Positions 59,668 through 64,000 of a stretch of 64,000 bases of DNA are shown in pieces (position 1 is the first letter of the stretch; each line of letters begins with the position of its first letter). The stretch is from Promethearchaeota archaeon (GTDB taxonomy: Archaea > Asgardarchaeota > Lokiarchaeia > Sigyniarchaeales > SOKP01). The notes under the pieces are model-generated. The model was given only the letters and a program-made list of their open reading frames with translations, was not told where the DNA came from and ran no database searches. Position numbers and translations under genes: made by a program. The stretch is from contig JAHLWP010000001.1 in assembly GCA_019057865.1 (NCBI GenBank), positions 128,001-192,000 of the forward strand, read 5' to 3'.

Positions 59668-61635
59668 TTAATATAAACTTCTCATTAATCTAAATAATTG
59701 CATAACTTCATCTGTCTTAAGAAAATCATGATAGAGATCTTTACCTAGCAATTTAGGATTCTCAATTTTTATAATTTCTTCTACTTCTAATTTAAGTTTA
59801 ATTGATGGCATCCAAAAAGTCTTATTTGAATGTTGATATTCAATCATTACCATAAAAGGAAAAATTCCTTTTTCCTTAGGGACAATTTTTATTTTTAATT
59901 TTCTCCTTTCATTTGCTTTTAACTTATTTAAACTTAAAAATTTTAATTTTGATTGAAAAGAGTTAGGCATAAAGAAATATATCTTTATATTTTTTATATC
60001 AGTTAGATTAGGATTTTCGATTATGAGGGTTATAATATCGGGATTATTTACCTTAAAACTATGATTTTGAATATCAATATCTATAAAAAGGGGATATGGT
60101 ACATATTCTTCATTTAAAGTAAAGCTCATATCAACAAGTTTTTGAAGATTAGGCTTTAATTTTGAGCTAAACTGATTTCTCTGTTCTTCAATTGAAAGGA
60201 TATTCTTACTTCTAAAATCTTCAAAATCTTTTAATAAACGGTTGATGTATTTCGAGATATAATTATCAAATTCTGTATGTTTACCTGAAATAAATGACAT
60301 CAATTTTTTATAATATCCAGATTCAAGGTTTCTAAGAAGAGGTTTCTTAAACAGATTATCAATAAAATTCTTTAATAATTCATCTAATTTCATTAGATCT
60401 TCACGTTCAATTTCAAATTTCTGGATAATTTTATCGTTATAAATATCAATCCGTATAAAATCGCTTAGTGTATCTAAAACTTCAATTGCTTCTAAGTTAT
60501 AATTTTCAAACGCTTTACTTATCATATCATCTAATAAATCATCAAATTTTTGAATATTCTTATTTTTGTAATCGATAAATTCAGTACGATATGATTCTAA
60601 ATAATCAATTAATTGCCCAGAATGTAATTTTAAGAGCTTCCTTTGATATTTCTGGTATTTTTTTGAAACATCATTAATTAAATTTTTAAAATCATGTAGC
60701 TTATTAAGATTTTTTTCTGTATTAAAGATTAAATTCTCTTTAAAAGGTTCAATCGAAACAATTGGATCGATGACTTTTACCTTTTCTAAAACAAGGCAAG
60801 TATCTCTTTCTAATTGATATATTTGTTCAATTTGTGAATATAAATTAAATATCTGAATATTCTTTTCTTCAATTTGATTTAATTCTTTTAGGAGATCTTT
60901 AAGTTTTTCTGAGAAGTATCGAGGATTTTCAGTTAAAACATTTCTTAAAATAATAACAAAATTAACAAGTACAGAGTATAATTTTTCCTCCTTAGCTAAA
61001 TTAAAGTTATGGTCCTCAAATTGCGTAATTTTACAATAATCAACAATATTCTGATAACTTCTCTCAGTAAGTTGATAGTGCTTATGACAGTCTTTTAATC
61101 TTATTGATTTTTTAGCTAAATAGCTATAATATAAGCCCAATAATGATTTATTTATTATATATGTAAGATCTCTTATTCTTTGAAATTTACTTCTAGTATT
61201 TTCCTCTTTAATATAGATTAATAAGTAATTTTCTATTATTATTTCTAAATTACCAGCAGCGCGTATCAATTTAAATAGTTTTGCTGGATTAATATCAAGA
61301 TCATTTAACTTTGTTATGATTAAATGTCTATATTCATTAAAATTAAAATTTAACTTCCGAAAATAAGACTCAATTAAGGATTTTCTTCTTTCTATTTCAT
61401 TAGTATTAATTTTTCTCTTATTTTTAATTGATGTGATATTTAAAATTTCTGTTATATAATTCTTGTGCACGTAGACCGATTCCATATATAAATTATTTGT
61501 TTTACAATAAAAACACTGGACAATGGAACCTTTTACAACCGCCAGACCATTTCCACATCGCTTACACGGAAGAAATAACACTTTAAATATCACAATTAAA
61601 ATTGAGTTACTATTCTTAAAATATACATTTGACAA
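59668..61635 (-). CDS. Hypothetical protein: zinc ribbon, helical region, C-terminal Ig-like domain
   Basis: CKRCG...CFYC; C-terminal beta pattern ENPNLTDIKNIKIYF...PKEKGIFPFMVMIEY. Confidence 0.6.
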   Translation of the reverse strand: MSNVYFKNSNSILIVIFKVLFLPCKRCGNGLAVVKGSIVQCFYCKTNNLYMESVYVHKNYITEILNITSIKNKRKINTNEIERRKSLIESYFRKLNFNFNEYRHLIITKLNDLDINPAKLFKLIRAAGNLEIIIENYLLIYIKEENTRSKFQRIRDLTYIINKSLLGLYYSYLAKKSIRLKDCHKHYQLTERSYQNIVDYCKITQFEDHNFNLAKEEKLYSVLVNFVIILRNVLTENPRYFSEKLKDLLKELNQIEEKNIQIFNLYSQIEQIYQLERDTCLVLEKVKVIDPIVSIEPFKENLIFNTEKNLNKLHDFKNLINDVSKKYQKYQRKLLKLHSGQLIDYLESYRTEFIDYKNKNIQKFDDLLDDMISKAFENYNLEAIEVLDTLSDFIRIDIYNDKIIQKFEIEREDLMKLDELLKNFIDNLFKKPLLRNLESGYYKKLMSFISGKHTEFDNYISKYINRLLKDFEDFRSKNILSIEEQRNQFSSKLKPNLQKLVDMSFTLNEEYVPYPLFIDIDIQNHSFKVNNPDIITLIIENPNLTDIKNIKIYFFMPNSFQSKLKFLSLNKLKANERRKLKIKIVPKEKGIFPFMVMIEYQHSNKTFWMPSIKLKLEVEEIIKIENPKLLGKDLYHDFLKTDEVMQLFRLMRSLY

Positions 61636-61719
61636 TCAAATATTAAAATATTTGTATTGAATTTATCATATCAAGATATTTTGAAGTATTCCTAAAAAGT
61701 AACTTAATATTTTTTAGCT

Positions 61720-63486
61720 CTAATGAGTAAAATAACAAAATAAAGTGTCATTCTCTATTTTTATGGGATTTACAAAAGCATATCTTTCGAACTGGATGGG
61801 TATATTCATAGGAATTTTTAAGAGATTTATTTCTCCATAACCATGAGATAGAGAACCATCAGGATTAATTATAGAAACATTTATATTATCTTCTTTAGGA
61901 ACCCATTGTATTATAGGAAAGCCCTGTTCTCTGTCCAATTGAGTGCTATAATATTTCGCATTTATAATCCTATTATTTAAATCAATTGAATTAATATGTA
62001 CATTAATTAAATTTTTTAGACGTATTGTATCACCAATTTTGATTTTATCTGCATCTGATTGTGAAATATATAATCCTATTTTATTATTTTTGGAAATAAC
62101 TTTAATTTTTCTTTTACCTTTATCAGGCTTTGTTGGTAGAAGAAGTGGTTCTGCAGTATATTCTGAGAAAGGAACGTCGTCAATAAGAATTGAAATAGGA
62201 TCCTCAACAAAGAAATATCTATTTGAAATCTCATCAATAATATCTTTATTTTTAGCATATAACCAATTTACTGAAAAAGTTATCCCTGTTGTAGACATTC
62301 CAAGATCCAATAATGTGTCTCTCAATGCTTCCGGTTTAATACCACGCTTTTTTAAAGATTGTAAGCTCCAAGTTCTTGGATCTTCCCATCCTTGATAAAT
62401 TCCTTTCTGAATGTTATTTCGTGCTTCGGTTTTACTTAATTTTAAACTAGGGAATTTCATTCTGCCATAATAAAGTAATTTGGCTTTTTTCCAACCAAAA
62501 TGATCCCATATAAACTCTTCAATAATACCTTCTTTTACTAAATCTATCCCTCTAAGAATGTGTGTAGCACCGATAAGATAGTCATCGATAGACCAACTAA
62601 ACTCTAACATTGGCCATACTATGTATTTTGTCCCTACTTTAGGATGTTCTGCTTCAGAGATTCTCATAATTATTTGATCTCTTAACGCAGGATCTTTTTG
62701 ATCCATTCCAGTTTTCAATCTTACAACTGCTTCAGTTTCTCTATACTTACCATTTAACATGTTTTGCCATTCTTGCATGTTTCGTTCTACTGATTGATTT
62801 CTATGGGGGCAACTCTTTTTCAACTTTTTATATTTTTCTCTAAATTCACTAGCATCACAGAAACAAACATATGCTATCTTATCCTTAATTAATTTTTCAC
62901 AATATTCATAAAAAACCTCAAGCCTATCGCTTTTATAATAAATCTTATGTATCTTAACTCCTAACCATTCAAGTCCTTCTTTTATTAAGTCATAAGCTTC
63001 TGGCAATACATATTTTGCCTTAGGGCTATCTCTTAATGATTTAGGACTCCCGATAGTATCATCGTAAAATAAGATAAGTTCTCCCTTATATTTTTTTACA
63101 TATTCATCATTTAAAACAACCATTCTAGCATTTCCAATATGCAATGCTCCGCTCGGATATGGTGCTAAGCGCATTACAACTTTAGAATATTTATCAATTT
63201 CAGGTAAATCTGGCAATTCTTTCCTTTCTTCCCTTGATTCTTCTTTATCTAAGGCATGGGGATCCAATTTCAATAATTTTCTTTTCTGTTCCTCAAAACT
63301 TAGGTTTGAAATTTTCGCTATGATCTCATCTAATATAGGATTAACTTTTTTCACGTGGGATCTAAGTTCAGTCATTTGAGCCATAAGTTTTCCCATTATA
63401 GCTCTTTTATTTGGAATTCCATTAAATTTTAGTGCATTTTTCAAACCTGCAATCCAAAGGATTTTTTTTATTTCTTCCTCATCCAT
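61720..63486 (-). CDS. gltX: Glutamate--tRNA ligase (archaeal)
   Basis: RLAPYPSGALHIGN, THILRG, LSKT, GWEDPR, QFERY. Confidence 0.96.
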   Translation of the reverse strand: MDEEEIKKILWIAGLKNALKFNGIPNKRAIMGKLMAQMTELRSHVKKVNPILDEIIAKISNLSFEEQKRKLLKLDPHALDKEESREERKELPDLPEIDKYSKVVMRLAPYPSGALHIGNARMVVLNDEYVKKYKGELILFYDDTIGSPKSLRDSPKAKYVLPEAYDLIKEGLEWLGVKIHKIYYKSDRLEVFYEYCEKLIKDKIAYVCFCDASEFREKYKKLKKSCPHRNQSVERNMQEWQNMLNGKYRETEAVVRLKTGMDQKDPALRDQIIMRISEAEHPKVGTKYIVWPMLEFSWSIDDYLIGATHILRGIDLVKEGIIEEFIWDHFGWKKAKLLYYGRMKFPSLKLSKTEARNNIQKGIYQGWEDPRTWSLQSLKKRGIKPEALRDTLLDLGMSTTGITFSVNWLYAKNKDIIDEISNRYFFVEDPISILIDDVPFSEYTAEPLLLPTKPDKGKRKIKVISKNNKIGLYISQSDADKIKIGDTIRLKNLINVHINSIDLNNRIINAKYYSTQLDREQGFPIIQWVPKEDNINVSIINPDGSLSHGYGEINLLKIPMNIPIQFERYAFVNPIKIENDTLFCYFTH

Positions 63487-63544
63487 AATAAAGAATCATC
63501 ATATTTCACTTCATGTACGATTTAACTTTTTACAATTTAACTAT

Positions 63545-64000
63545 TTAAACCTTTCTCTTGCTTAAATTTTCAAGAATATCTTTAATTTCATTTGCTCCAT
63601 TATTAAAAATATTGAATGAAATGAAAGAAGTTTCTTGATGAGCTTTCTTTTTTAGAATTTTTAACTTTAATTTATATACATTTATAAGATTATCAGAATA
63701 ATCTGAATCGCTTCCTTTAATTATAACCTCAAGAATATGTAAAGCTAATTGCAATTTCCCTTCTTCATAGAGTTTCATTGCATGTTCAAGATATTGTCCT
63801 TCAGAATTAATTTTTAGAAATTCTTGTGCTATTTCAGTTGATTTTGCAGGGAATAGATCTGTTGGATTTCCAGTATTATACCAACCATGGTAAAGTCTAT
63901 ATACCGCATGGATAGCATATTGATAAGAACCATACACAGGTCTTAAAATGTAATGTTTTTTAAATTTCTCAGGGTAGATTTCTAACATTTCATGATAAAT
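63545..64000 (-). CDS. C-terminal part of an alkyl-sulfatase/MBL-fold protein (5' end outside the window)
   Basis: LRPVYG...AIHAVYRLYHGWY..GNPTDLFPA resembles the alkyl sulfatase dimerisation domain. Confidence 0.7.
   Translation of the reverse strand: MYHEMLEIYPEKFKKHYILRPVYGSYQYAIHAVYRLYHGWYNTGNPTDLFPAKSTEIAQEFLKINSEGQYLEHAMKLYEEGKLQLALHILEVIIKGSDSDYSDNLINVYKLKLKILKKKAHQETSFISFNIFNNGANEIKDILENLSKRKV

Noticed and set aside
806-62395. Short antisense or overlapping ORFs in the track (e.g. 806-1021, 2150-2710, 4602-4874, 10220-10438, 12420-12683, 36441-36809, 47323-47598, 62039-62395)
   Set aside because: They shadow well-supported genes and show no recognisable motifs.
63018-63050. SPK-SLRD-SPK near-repeat in gltX as an intron
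   Set aside because: It is in frame, has no stop and no BHB; it looks like a small loop duplication.
1-64000. CRISPR array, rRNA or prophage
   Set aside because: No regularly spaced repeats, rRNA-like stretch or viral hallmark genes seen.

Overview
AT-rich archaeal window, most consistent with an Asgard archaeon of the Lokiarchaeia (Promethearchaeota) type. Evidence: archaeal housekeeping genes (histone, psmB, rps8e, SRP19, Hef helicase, gltX, Hsp20), H4MPT-linked genes (ftr, mtxX) and several longin/uDENN-, PCI- and UEV-like proteins. It also holds an ABC-2 exporter operon with unusual domain fusions, a decaying tandem array of FAD-oxidoreductase / HdrD-GlpC-type Fe-S genes, a second such module, one complete IS element, and a tRNA-Pro(GGG) with two introns. 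Main discovery: two apparently broken redox genes are interrupted by 30-32 nt bulge-helix-bulge (BHB) introns (13068-13097 minus, 34109-34140 plus). Cutting after the second nucleotide of each 3-nt bulge, the standard archaeal splicing-endonuclease rule, exactly restores the reading frame and conserved motifs. A paralogous gene remnant carries a 30-nt element at the same position (10267-10296) with different sequence but the same fold. This points to tRNA-type splicing of metabolic mRNAs in an Asgard archaeon. All calls were made by eye from sequence and motifs; no searches were run.
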